Part shown: positions 39,176-50,451 of the stretch, piece after piece
How positions within the stretch are numbered: position 1 is the stretch's first letter
How the letters are laid out: each line of letters starts with the position of its first letter
Assembly: GCA_051362555.1 (NCBI GenBank)
Contig: CM120647.1
Coordinates: 8,370,001 to 8,434,000 of the forward strand
Length of the DNA stretch: 64,000 nucleotides
Reading direction: 5' to 3'
From: Lingula anatina
Lineage: Eukaryota; Animalia; Brachiopoda
Translations under genes and position numbers: made by a program
Notes under the pieces: model-generated
The model's database searches: none
What the model was told of the DNA's origin: nothing
Seen by the model: the letters and a program-made list of their open reading frames with translations, nothing else

Positions 39176-42100
39176 TTATAGTTAGGGTAGGTCAGCATAG
39201 AAAGCGCCCGCTAGCACATAGTTTTAAATTGCCTGCTTGAACGATACCAATACATACATAGGCATATGGTTGAATGCTCTAAGCCTTGGAGTAAAATTAG
39301 AATCAAGAACATGTAAATTCTTGTGCTTACTTGCTGACTAAACATTTGGTCTAAAAGCTGAGATCAGTTTTAAGTCAGATGTCTTAATTTTTTAAAAATT
39401 GATCAATGCTTTTTTATTAGCAGTGAGAAAAGGGGAAAGTTTGTCTTAAGAACTTAAAGTCTAGTCTCGTGTATCATCATGTATGCGCAAGATGTAGCCC
39501 TCTAATTAGGAGTTAAGATCAGTGGGTAGACAGTGGTAGTCAGGTTAAAAAATGCAGTCTACATTCAGCATGTATACAGTGATGGTTTCTCTAAACAACT
39601 AAATTTGGTAATTAAATTAAAGAAAAATTATTTTTTCCCAAGAAAAGGTTCTATCAAAACGAGACACTGATGTATCAATACACAAATATGAACTTGGATA
39701 CTGTTCCATATGTGGTTATTACTTATAATTCTTAAATTCCTCATTTGAAAAAAAATCAGCAATTTAATTCAACATTATCATACACTTAAAAATAAACTTA
39801 ACTGGCTGATATAAAATTGCTAATTAATACATAACCAATTCTCTTATTAAAACTATTTGCAATTGGTATTTAAGATGATTTCTAAAAGTCAGTCGTACTT
39901 AAACAGCAAAGGTAGGCAATCTTTATTATTGTGAAATGATAAACACATTTAGGACATGCAAAAAAGGGAAAGGAAGGGAATTTTCTTTTTTAAAATATTA
40001 TCAGTTATTTGGTTAGTGGTGAGCAGTAGAATGCATGTTTATTGAAGAGATACATACATATGCATCTGAGCTTTTTATTGTCAAAACTATCTATTCATCT
40101 AGAAACTTTGTATGTAAATAATATTGAATCATATGTTTTAGGGTACTGGTGATTCTTTTAATAGGGAAAATGTGGACTTTTGGTTTCATGATTTCATTTT
40201 ATAATTTATTTATTTAGATGCATTGGAAACACAAATTGACCAGTTTCTGAAAAAAAGTCATATGAGTTTTGGTAGTATTTTCAAGTTTATGAAAAAGAAT
40301 CATGATAGCTTTTGCTTTTATTTTCAGTTTTTATGAATCATGAAAAATCTGTACATTAGTAAAACAGTGCTGCTTGAATGGGCTCATGTCTTTCATTTTA
40401 TTTATGAACATCTTCTGTCTTTGCAAAATCATGAGCAGATTTTTTTCACTAAGGTGTTTAAGTGGTGCATGTCTAGACGTTTTAAGAGCAGTAGAAGTAA
40501 TTTGTATGTCTAGCTTAGAAATGTAACTAATTAAAAAACTTGCAATTCATGCATCATGCCTTTAAATAACCTGAGATAAAATGTAATCTTTACTTTCACT
40601 GCAGAATGATTGCCTATCCTAAAGATTGTATCTAAACTTCTTGAGAGAAACTTGTCAAGTAACAAACAGACAAATCAAGGATGGTTCAAAATACCTACTT
40701 TTGTTGAATGAACTTGAAGTAATTTTAAATAACAGTCCGGTATTCAATTTTGCTGAATCATTCTAATACCAGATTGTGTTGTTTATTTTTCATTTGTCAT
40801 CATGATGTAGCAATTTCTTTTCTCTTTTTATTTCATCTTGGTTGTAGGCAGTTTTACTGGATGTTTTCTATGCTTGATTTTAAATATGACTTGTTACTTT
40901 TGCTCCCAGTTTCTAATATGATCATATTTTGCCTTTCATCTTAATTCTCTCACTCTTTTACTCACACACACACACGCACACACACATGCATGCACGCATG
41001 CACACACACGCACACACACACCAGCGACAGATCCACAGATATATTTTGACGGTCTTTTAAATTATTTTTGTTGATCCATCCTCCATTTTTGACTGTCTTC
41101 CGAAAGAAAAAATTAGATCCCTTTCAATGTAGACTGGAAAATTATGACCATCTTCCAGAAGATGACTTACTTCTGCCCCTGTGCTCTGTAACAGCAAGAA
41201 CTCACCTCTATCTCTCTCTCTCTCTTTCATATTACATGACTTCTCACAGTTGAACATTTTAAACTGCTACCACACAGCTACATAATATAAGCAGGTCGTC
41301 TTCAAGTGGCAGGTAGTCCATTAGGACCAATATTTATAATGGAAGTAAACTTTGTAATATTTGCTAATGTCCTGTACCTTTCAGTGTTGTTGAACCATGA
41401 GTTCATTGAACCAAGGATAATCTCACCTTAAATGCCTTGGTTGTATAATAGAGACATGTTTGCATTTGTGATGGGTAGATCTTTCTCCTTGTAAGAAGAA
41501 TACGACAACAACTCCATCTTTTCAGTGGGGAAATATTGTGCATTTTACAGGCACAAAATTTAGAGGTCTCAATTTGTTTTTAAAAATTAGAATATTCCTA
41601 ATGGCTGTTGGCTACAAAATGAAAAGCCAGGCTATTCTAAAGTTCTATTCTATATAGTAAAAGCACCAGAAATGCTATATAGAAATATAATTTTTGTAGT
41701 ATCTGAAAGTTAAAAAATTTTGGCCCATCGAGTCCTTAACGTATAAGAAGAATCCACAACTTGCCTGCATGGGGCCTAAGGTAAACCTGACAGACTGCAA
41801 ATTTATTTTAATTTAAAAATGACAAATTATGTTCATGCATTATGATAAAATGATAGTGATATTATAAAAGTGTAGATAATATTAGAGAGGAAAGGAACCA
41901 AAAGTGGTGTTTTTTTTAACTAAAAAGAGAAAAGCAGACCATAAATTTTGATATACATGTACAATATAACAGCCTGATACGTGGTGTTCAATTCATTATT
42001 GGGCCTTTTATTCTTGAAATCTAGCATAGCATAAGTGGAAGATGGACCACTTATCAGCAAGGGGTATCGTTCATCAACTGAAGCTTCATATGTTCTATCA

Positions 42101-42542
42101 CGTACACCTTGTTAGCTTGTGTTGTAACTTGAATTAATTACCTAGTCTATGTCATAGATCAAATACCAGTTGCGGAACTATTTTGCATATAGCTACTAGT
42201 AGGCAGTGTTTCATATGACTGAAGTTAAGCACTGTGCTGTATTTCATGTATTCGCACATGCCACATGTATCTTCGTTCTACCAAAAATGTAGCATGGCTC
42301 GGGCCAATGTTTTCTGGTCAAACTGTAGTTTGAAGTTGATAAGATAGTCATGAGTATATATCACAAGTTTTGTGATGAATTTTACTTCTATAAAAATATA
42401 TTTAATAATTTATTAATATCATTTAATGATGAATGTAATTTGTTCATATTTTCGCAGGGACAATATGGCAGCAAGAAATAAAAATAATTTTAAAAAAGGA
42501 AAAATCTTCCATAATAAACAAATTTTGCTCATATTTTTTCAG

Positions 42543-42662
42543 GGACCTAAAAACAATATGGCGACCAGAATATGCAAATTACATGGTGGAGGGGACGCCA
42601 GGGAAACCATACGGTGGACTGATGGCTTACTTTAATATGGTGGAGGCCAACATGAGAAGAAG
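42543..42662 (+). CDS. GCLC: GCLC exon 3
   Basis: [39 protein letters not shown]. Confidence 0.93.
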
Positions 42663-42976
42663 GTTAATTTTGCTTTTAGATAACTTTTCTCGTTTTGATA
42701 TTTCATGAAAGATTATGTTAACTATTCATCAGAATCAGTACACTTTATACATTGTCTTATGTATTTCCTATACATTTCATTGGAAAATGAATATATATAC
42801 ATTCTACGTAAGATAAATTACTAAGAAGAGGAAAAAAATTCATTAAAAGTTGTCGTTGTCTTTTGTAAAAAAAAATTATAATAGTATCTGTTATAAATTT
42901 ATAATAAAAAAATCAAGAGGATCAGGTAGAAAACCAAGGTCAGCAAATATAAATTTTGATCATATTTGTATTATAG

Positions 42977-43045
42977 GAGAAAGGAAGTGATGAGACTTCT
43001 GTCCGAGCCGGGAGAGACGGCCCTCTCTGTTGTCACATTTCCAAG
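42977..43045 (+). CDS. GCLC: GCLC exon 4
   Basis: RKEVMRLLSEPGETALSVVTFP; tatag / GTAAGG. Confidence 0.9.
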
Positions 43046-43795
43046 GTAAGGAGATCCGTAAATGCTTCTCATTCATTTTCATGACAGACACCACATGACA
43101 TTCACTGCCTTGTGATTTATTTAATTTTATTCCACGAGTGATGTATCGAACATTGGGATAATTGCTCTCGTATGTTGCTTACAAGAAATGCACATATACA
43201 TATTTATATACGCTTCAGTATAAATACAATGAAATACAAGTGTGGTTATAGTGTTGTTTGAAGCAGCAGTTACAAGCATTTGTCACTGCAACCACTGTAT
43301 TAGGGAGGGGGGGGGGGAACTGGGGGATGGGACTATCTTGGGGAGGTGCTGTTCGGGGGGAATCGTTCTGGAACCATGCAGCATAAAAGAATGTAAGTAT
43401 CATGGCTACACCTTGAGGATTAAACTATTGTATAATGCATACACTGGGCACAGGGGAAATGCATACTATTTCTAAATTTAGCTGACCTCAGCTGTCATTT
43501 TTCAGCACAGTTATAATGGAGTATGTAATACAAGATACGCTGGGTGTTATAAATTTTCAAATGGCCTACATTTTCCAACTTGGGTCACTTTATTTTTAAC
43601 CAGTCTGTTTCCTATAACCTACTTTTCAGGTTGGTTCGACCTTATTTCAGTCATATTGTTTCCAGTAATCTACTTGTACCCAGCTTGGGTCACTGTATTT
43701 TTATCCAACCTTTTCCAATATTAAACCTACTGTTTTCCATTTTTTTCTTCACTTTGAGTTTTTATCCAGTCTGTTTTTATGACCTACTTTTCCAG

Positions 43796-43909
43796 GTTGG
43801 GTTGCCCTAATTTCAGCCGGCCTGAGTTCCCGCCCACACCTACAGAGGGCGCCTCTAGGTCTTTATTTTACCCTGAAGAGGTCATCTTTCCAGGACACCC
43901 CAGATTCAA
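43796..43909 (+). CDS. GCLC: GCLC exon 5
   Basis: LGCPNFSRPE...ASRSLFYPEEVIFPGHPRF. Confidence 0.93.
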
Positions 43910-44243
43910 GTAAGAATCTGTAGGTTAATAAAAATTAGTTAGGGTCTGTGTCCAAAAAAAAAAAAAAAATAGAAAAATAATTATAATAAAATAAAGCATT
44001 TTCTTCTGCTGACCCTTGAAAAAAAAGTGATGAAAAGTAGCAATTTGGCTAAATGAAAATAATTGCTAGTGCTACCCCAGCTAAGCATGTATCATTATAT
44101 AAACTGCGGCTATTATTATATAATAAAAAAGAGAACTCTGGAGCAGTAAATTAAGGGTTTACAAGCTCGAAGTTCTTTATTATCATATCTTTTCCAGATA
44201 TTGTGTAAGATTTAATAAAGATATGACTGTCATGTTGTTATAG

Positions 44244-44302
44244 GACCTTAACAAGAAACATCAGACAGAGAAGAGGAGAAAAGGTGGCAATTAATATTCC
44301 AA
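44244..44302 (+). CDS. GCLC: GCLC exon 6
   Basis: TLTRNIRQRRGEKVAINIP. Confidence 0.93.
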
Positions 44303-44551
44303 GTAAGTTCAGTAAACCTCTAAGGGACCATTCCCAAACTCTGTCGTACTAACTGTGGATCGATCTATCTCTGAGGACTAACCCCAATATGGCGATATTG
44401 TAATACATATACCTGTACAAATTACAATGTATCCTCTGCTTGACGTTTTAGTATTCAAAGACAAAAAACACACCAAGTCTTATCCTAGAGGTCTTATCAC
44501 AGTATGTCGATATTGCAATATATGTACATTTACAAATTTTTCTTGTTTTAG

Positions 44552-44769
44552 TTTTCAAAGACAAAAACACACCAAGTCCTTTCCAAGAGGACTTATCCCA
44601 ATATGGCGACAGCGGGGAGTCTCAGGCGGCCTCCCTGCCTGACCACATCTACCTGGATGCCATGGGCTTCGGGATGGGGTGTTCTTGTCTCCAGATGACA
44701 TTCCAGGCGTGTAATATAGACGAGGCACGACACCTTTACGACCAGCTGGCGCCGCTTTGTCCTATCATT
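44552..44769 (+). CDS. GCLC: GCLC exon 7
   Basis: [10 protein letters not shown]...[25 protein letters not shown]...[12 protein letters not shown]. Confidence 0.95.
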
Positions 44770-44790
44770 GTAAGTTTGTGTGTATGCAGG

Positions 44791-44832
<42 letters not shown>

Positions 44833-45195
44833 TGTTTGTGTGTGTGTGTATGTGTGTGTGTGTGTGTGTGTGTATTTGAGAGAGAGAGAGAGAATGAGAG
44901 AGAGCAGGTGGCAACATATGTGGATACAAGCAGGTCTGTGATAATTCTGGAAAATGGCTGTGTGTGTGTGTGTGTGTATGTGTGTGCGTGCACATGCATT
45001 TGTGCATGTGCATTCAGGTGTGCACAAGCACACTTGCTTGTGTTGGTGCGCGGCACTTCTACTTGAGAGAGAAAGAGATAGCGATTAGAAACATTTGCAA
45101 AAAAGTTCCGCCTCAATCATGAATCTTCACTTATCAGAATTTCCCCACATACTCAGTTTTATAATTCTATAATATATTTTTGTTCAAATTTTCAG

Positions 45196-45312
45196 ATGGC
45201 CCTTAGTGCTGGTTCACCAATCTACAGGGGTTTTCTGTCTGACATAGACTGCCGCTGGTTTGTGATCTCCAACTCTGTAGACTGTCGGACAAGAGAGGAG
45301 AGAGGCCTGGAG
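45196..45312 (+). CDS. GCLC: GCLC exon 8
   Basis: [39 protein letters not shown]. Confidence 0.95.
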
Positions 45313-45777
45313 GTATGGACTGCTCACAGCGCCATCTATTGAGTGTTTCAAGCACCACTTTGCCATGAAGGCTATCATATAACACCCTGTTGACAACCAT
45401 TTGTGTATTATCAATAATATGATTATTGTTAATTAATGATTAAATTGATAATGAAATTAATCATGAAATTGCTAAGTATCATATTGAGTGAATGTGCCAG
45501 TGGTTACAGTAAAGATTACTTTGAAATGAGAATAAAATGAAAACAAATGCATGCTTCATTTCTCAATTGAATGTGTAGGTTTAGTACAACATGCATGCTT
45601 GTTGGGGAAAAAAAAACTTCTTAAACACTTTTATCGCAGATACATCAGATATATCTGTAATTTGTCCAGTGAAATATGCTGTGGTATGTTGAAACTAATT
45701 TCAGTTGTTTGGTAAAAATATTGGAACCACTTCGACCCCTTTGATTTGATTGTTATGTGTTCTTTGCCATGCTTCAG

Positions 45778-45916
45778 CCCCTCCAGAAGGACAGATTCAG
45801 GATACATAAGTCACGTTATGACACAATAGACTCTTATTTGGGACCGTGCAATGCGTGTTATAACGACATCGACATGGTTTACGACAGAGACATATGCAGC
45901 AGGCTCAAGGCAGCAG
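45778..45916 (+). CDS. GCLC: GCLC exon 9
   Basis: PLQKDRFRIHKSRYDTIDSYL...YNDIDMVYD. Confidence 0.93.
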
Positions 45917-45917
45917 G

Positions 45918-45962
<45 letters not shown>

Positions 45963-46327
45963 ATTGGTTGGTTGGTTGATTAATTGATTGATGTGTTGGT
46001 TGATTGATTGATTGAGTGGATTGGTTGGTTGGTTGGTTGGTAAATTGATTGACTTATTGGTTGGTTGGTTGGTTGACTATTTGGTTAGCAGGTTGATTAT
46101 AACAAAAAGAGGGAGTTACGGACAGTTAAATAAAAAGAAATGAATAGGAATTCTATGCACTCAGTATAGTAAGGTATGTCATATTATATTATATTATATT
46201 ATATTATATTATATTATATTATATTATATTATATTATATTATATTATATTATATTATATTATATTATATTATATTATATTATATTATATTATATTATATT
46301 ATATTATATTATATTATATTATATTAT
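45917..46327. repeat. GCLC intron 9 made largely of (GATT/GGTT)n and (TATTA)n repeats
   Basis: (GATT)n starts within the donor site; about 29 TATTA units end about 10 bp before the acceptor. Confidence 0.93.
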
Positions 46328-46338
46328 ATATGTTTCAG

Positions 46339-46451
46339 GTGTGGATGAGCTGTTGGCAAGACACGTGGCCCACTTATTTATCAGGGACCCCATCTCATTA
46401 TTCAGTGAGAAAATTGACCAGAACGATGAGGAAGAAAGTGATCATTTTGAG
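46339..46451 (+). CDS. GCLC: GCLC exon 10
   Basis: VDELLARHVAHLFIRDPISLFSEKIDQNDEEESDHFE. Confidence 0.95.
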
Positions 46452-46466
46452 GTAGGAGCTACACTG

Positions 46467-46625
46467 CAGGCCTGTAGCCAGCAATTTCAAATGTGTTTTT
46501 TGTCTACTTTTTTACCCCTTAAGTTGACCAAACTTGAGAAATGGCATAAAACCCAGTAGATTAAATTTTGATTGAGAGTGGACCTTTTCTGTTCTTTTAA
46601 CCCCTGCCCCCTGGCTCTGGGCATG
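46467..46625. mobile_element. Degenerate copy of the CAGGCCCGTAG MITE
   Basis: caggcctgtagccagcaatttcaaa ... agagtggacctttt ... ctggctctgggcatg. Confidence 0.7.
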
Positions 46626-46718
46626 TATTGATCGTCATCTCAAACTGTCATTGGTAGTTTGAAATACAGGTTTTAAATGTTTGTTTGTTTGTCTCATCAA
46701 CTTTTGTTTGAATTTCAG

Positions 46719-46811
46719 AACATCCAGTCCACAAACTGGCAGTCAATGCGCTTCAAGCCGCCGCCTCCAAACTCTGACATTGGCTGGAGAGTGGAGTTTA
46801 GACCCACCGAG
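46719..46811 (+). CDS. GCLC: GCLC exon 11
   Basis: [31 protein letters not shown]. Confidence 0.96.
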
Positions 46812-46849
46812 GTAATGACCAATATGTAGTGGTCAAAGGCTAGAAATTA

Positions 46850-47020
46850 GGTCACATTCAGAACAGTGGACTAACTAGTTTGAGGGTCAAATATGGCCGA
46901 CCCACTTGAATACTTCCCCACGGGATAAATATTAGCATCTATTAGAGGATTAGGCAAGCTTATTAGTGGGTCGCTATATTTGACCTGCGGACTACTTAGT
47001 CCACTGTTCTGAATGTGGCC
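46850..47020. mobile_element. MITE, TSD TTA (PIF/Harbinger-like)
   Basis: cacattcagaacagtggactaa / ttagtccactgttctgaatgtg TIR, TTA on both flanks. Confidence 0.85.
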
Positions 47021-47338
47021 TTAGATAATATAATATTTGCATATATTTTTTATTATATCACTTATATTTATTGACACTATAATATGTCTGCAATTGAATT
47101 GAGTTTTTGATGATTACGAAAAAGATTATAAATACTGTCGCTCTTTAGTTTTTTTGGTTAATCATACTTATACGCTACAAGTACTCACTTTTTGATAAAA
47201 ACAAAACAAAAAAAAATCATAAAAATTGTATTTCTTTAGTTCTTTGGTGATTTTCATCTTATCTAACTTCGTCATTTAATATACTACAAGTATAGAATTC
47301 TTTATGGGATCCTGACATTTCTGTGTATTTCACTCCAG

Positions 47339-47443
47339 GTCCAGCTTACAGACTTTGAAAATGCAGCCTATGTGGTGTTTGTGGTGCTGCTGACCCGAGT
47401 GATCCTGTCTTTCCATCTGAACCTGGTGATACCAATATCTAAG
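47339..47443 (+). CDS. GCLC: GCLC exon 12
   Basis: [35 protein letters not shown]. Confidence 0.96.
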
Positions 47444-47467
47444 GTGAAGTACGGGACTTTGTATGTT

Positions 47468-47505
<38 letters not shown>

Positions 47506-47840
47506 TAGAGAGAGTGGGGTGGGGTGTGGCTGCTAGTGATAACATGTTGTGTTAATATAAATTATGAATAATTCAAGATTATATATTTAATATTTGGTGC
47601 ACACTTTTGTTAAAATAAAATAGGTAGTGATGTATGGTGGAATATAGGTCCATGGAGCTGGGTATGTAATCTTTGTTACAATAAAAAAATAAATATTCTG
47701 AAGACTGTTTATGATTTACTAGGTGTAATCTACTTAAATGAACCTCTTATAAGTCTCTTTTAGTTGATGTTTTTATATTGTAAATAATTCAGTGATGACA
47801 AAGAGGTTTTTTGTTTAAACTTGGAACATTTCAATTCCAG

Positions 47841-47922
47841 GTAGATCAAAACATGAAAACAGCAGCCAAGAGAGACGCTCTACGCCAAGGAAAGTTCTAC
47901 TTTAAGAAAGACTTGCTGACAG
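47841..47922 (+). CDS. GCLC: GCLC exon 13
   Basis: VDQNMKTAAKRDALRQGKFYFKKDLLT. Confidence 0.93.
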
Positions 47923-48171
47923 GTGAGTGTTTACATGCTACCACTTAAACCAGTGCAGGTTCAGGTCTAGATTGTGTCACTGGATGACCAAGTGGATTAC
48001 TAGATTGCGGAGGTGCAGTGTAAATTCCCCGTAAACTTTCCTAAAATTGTTTTTTAAAATCAGTTGCTAACTCTTTTAGTTAGGCTGTTACCTAACAAAC
48101 CAAAACAGGAGTACTTGTAGGTAATTATCCATTTTTAAAGATAAATTTTGACAACAATTTTTGATTTACAG

Positions 48172-48299
48172 GTTATTCCCCTCCCAAGGCCTCTGAGTGC
48201 ATCTGTAACTGTCCCTGTGGTAATGTGGACATAAGTCGTGCAGTGGATGCAGAGGATGAATACACCGAGATGACCATTAATGAGATCATTAACGGAAAG
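48172..48299 (+). CDS. GCLC: GCLC exon 14
   Basis: YSPPKASECICNCPCGNVD...EYTEMTINEIINGK. Confidence 0.9.
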
Positions 48300-48660
48300 G
48301 TAAGCAACAATTTATAAACATGTTTTTGGCTTTATTACTAGGTGCATAAGATATAATTGCTTTTTGGACAGTTCCAAGTTAACGACTGATGAGCAACACG
48401 TAAAGTATAAGTGATTTTCAGACAGACATTGATGGATGACACTTCTTTGTCAAAGACTGACTTAGATCAAATATTAATTCTCTGAACTGGTTATTAGTGT
48501 CTAGCTCACATGCCTGACAATTGTGCCTGACTAAACAAATATTGAGGAAAATGACCATGATAATGAAACACAGAATGAAAATTTCAGTAAACTAGACAGG
48601 AGAGAGGTCTTTGATGTTTATAATACATGTGGAGTTTTTTTTTTTTTTTTTTTTTTTAAG

Positions 48661-48787
48661 GAGGAAGATGGCTTTCCTGGTCTGGTGCCTCTAATGGAGG
48701 CTTATCTGACAAATATAGAGACGCTGGATGTGGAGACAAGGTGTACAATTTCACAGTACTTGAAACTGATCAGTAAAAGAGCAGCAG
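48661..48787 (+). CDS. GCLC: GCLC exon 15
   Basis: EEDGFPGLVPLMEAYL...DVETRCTISQYLKLISKRAA. Confidence 0.93.
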
Positions 48788-49111
48788 GTCAGTGAGTCTC
48801 TTCTCCCCTCCCCCCCTCTCTCTCTCCCCTTCTCTCTCTTCTTAGCATTTTATTATTTCAAGATTTATTTATATTCCTGTCTTTCACGCTCCTTCTCTCC
48901 CTCTCTCTTTGTGTATTTCATTTGATGAGATGAAAGGAGAAAGCATAAATAGATAATATGATCTTATCATGCCTTTCATCTTTATTCCCTCTGTCATTCC
49001 CTCTCTTTTACACACACTGCAAATACAAGAACTCTCTCTCTCTCTCTCTCTCATTTGATCTGATGATAGAAAATGTTTGGGAGGAAACATTGCTTTTGCA
49101 AATTAGTAAAT

Positions 49112-49277
49112 ACAGGCCCGTAGCCAGGGGGGCTCGAAAGAACCACCCTTTTTGCTGGGAAAAGGTCCACTCTAGGTAAAATTAGATCTATGTACTTAAG
49201 GATTTTATGGTAAAACCATAAAAGGTCCACTTTTTCAGAAAACGACTCCCCCTCTGAAATTGCTGGCTACAGGCCTG
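49112..49277. mobile_element. CAGGCCCGTAG MITE, opposite orientation to 35153
   Basis: caggcccgtagccag ... ctggctacaggcctg TIR and shared internal sequence. Confidence 0.85.
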
Positions 49278-49338
49278 ATATTTGATAAAATAAAAGTTCT
49301 ATTAAAGTAACCTCCATGCAAATCTTCCTCCACTCCAG

Positions 49339-49637
49339 GTGAACTGAAGACCACGGCTCGTTGGATGCGCGACTTTGTCACCTCCCACCCTGACTACAAG
49401 CAGGATTCTGTAGTGTCAGAGAAGATAGCGTACGATCTCATGAAAACTTGCGACCTAATTACCAAGGAGAAGATTGTTGAGCCTGACTTGTTGTTCCCAA
49501 TCATCACGCGGACACAGGAGTCCATTCCGCACGCAGTCAAAATAGCAGAGCAGCACTTGAATGATAAACACGCTGTGACTGGTCATCATCAGATCGACCA
49601 TGTTTATCAGGATGGAACTCTGAATGGAAATGAATGA
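49339..49637 (+). CDS. GCLC: GCLC exon 16 (terminal)
   Basis: ELKTTARWMRDFVTSHPDYKQDSVVSEKIAYDL...; stop TGA ends at 49637. Confidence 0.93.
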
Positions 49638-50236
49638 TTTTTTATTTTGACTATTTTGTAATTGAGGCCATTTTTACAGTCACATCTCTTTTTTATTTTG
49701 TTCATTCTTCTAGTTAATGTAGTGATAACTGACTGAGACACTTTCATAATTATTTTTATTATTATATTTTTACTTTAATGCTGCATTTAGATGGTCCTGC
49801 ATTTAAACACCCATTTTAATTTTGATGTTCCCAATCAACGGAGAGAATAATTTATATCATTGCAGCAGGACTCTGCATGATGTACTGAAATCAAGTTCTG
49901 ATTAACGAAGTCCATGCTCTGGGTTAAATGACAGCAATCTTTGCGGATTTGTTTTTGGGAAAGACATCTCTAAACATTCAAAGGATTTTACAAATGTAAA
50001 GCTACGATGGCAACATCAGGTTGATTTATTTATTTAGAGTTTACTATTTATAATGTCACTTGGGTAGCTTAAGCATTGCGTTGATGGTAACTGAAACCAT
50101 GTTCTATGATACTGATGTTTGTTATGTCAGAAGTAAACGAGCGCCTTCTAAATGTTGTACGTGACGGATGAGGGTGTTAGATAGACAGGGAAGCCTCTCA
50201 AGTGAGTAAAATTTGTGGAAAAATGACAAAATATAA

Positions 50237-50451
50237 GACCCCATTTCCATAGATTAGATCGATCTACTTTAGATAGACCTAACTTCCTGGGGGTTCACGC
50301 TAAATAGCTGTCAGCCGGGCAGACACGAAAGTTAATTACCCCCTCACAGCTTGTAGTAGGCGGGACGGACATTTAAGCCGGATTATCTGACAGTAATCTA
50401 GTGAGACTCCCCGCAGGGATAGATCGATCTAAAAGCTCTGGGAATACAGCC
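50237..50451. mobile_element. MITE, TSD TAA, in the probable GCLC 3' UTR
   Basis: Close copy of 21016-21230; TAA on both flanks. Confidence 0.85.

Larger units (their letters stand above)
37647..49637 (+). other. GCLC: Glutamate-cysteine ligase catalytic subunit gene, 16 exons, 680 aa
   Basis: 16 GT-AG exons join to 2043 nt in one open frame. Hallmark motifs [70 protein letters not shown]. Confidence 0.96.

Noticed and set aside
46176-46338. YYIIL-repeat N-terminus of the 127-aa ORF
   Set aside because: Intronic (TATTA)n repeat; only 46339-46451 is GCLC coding.
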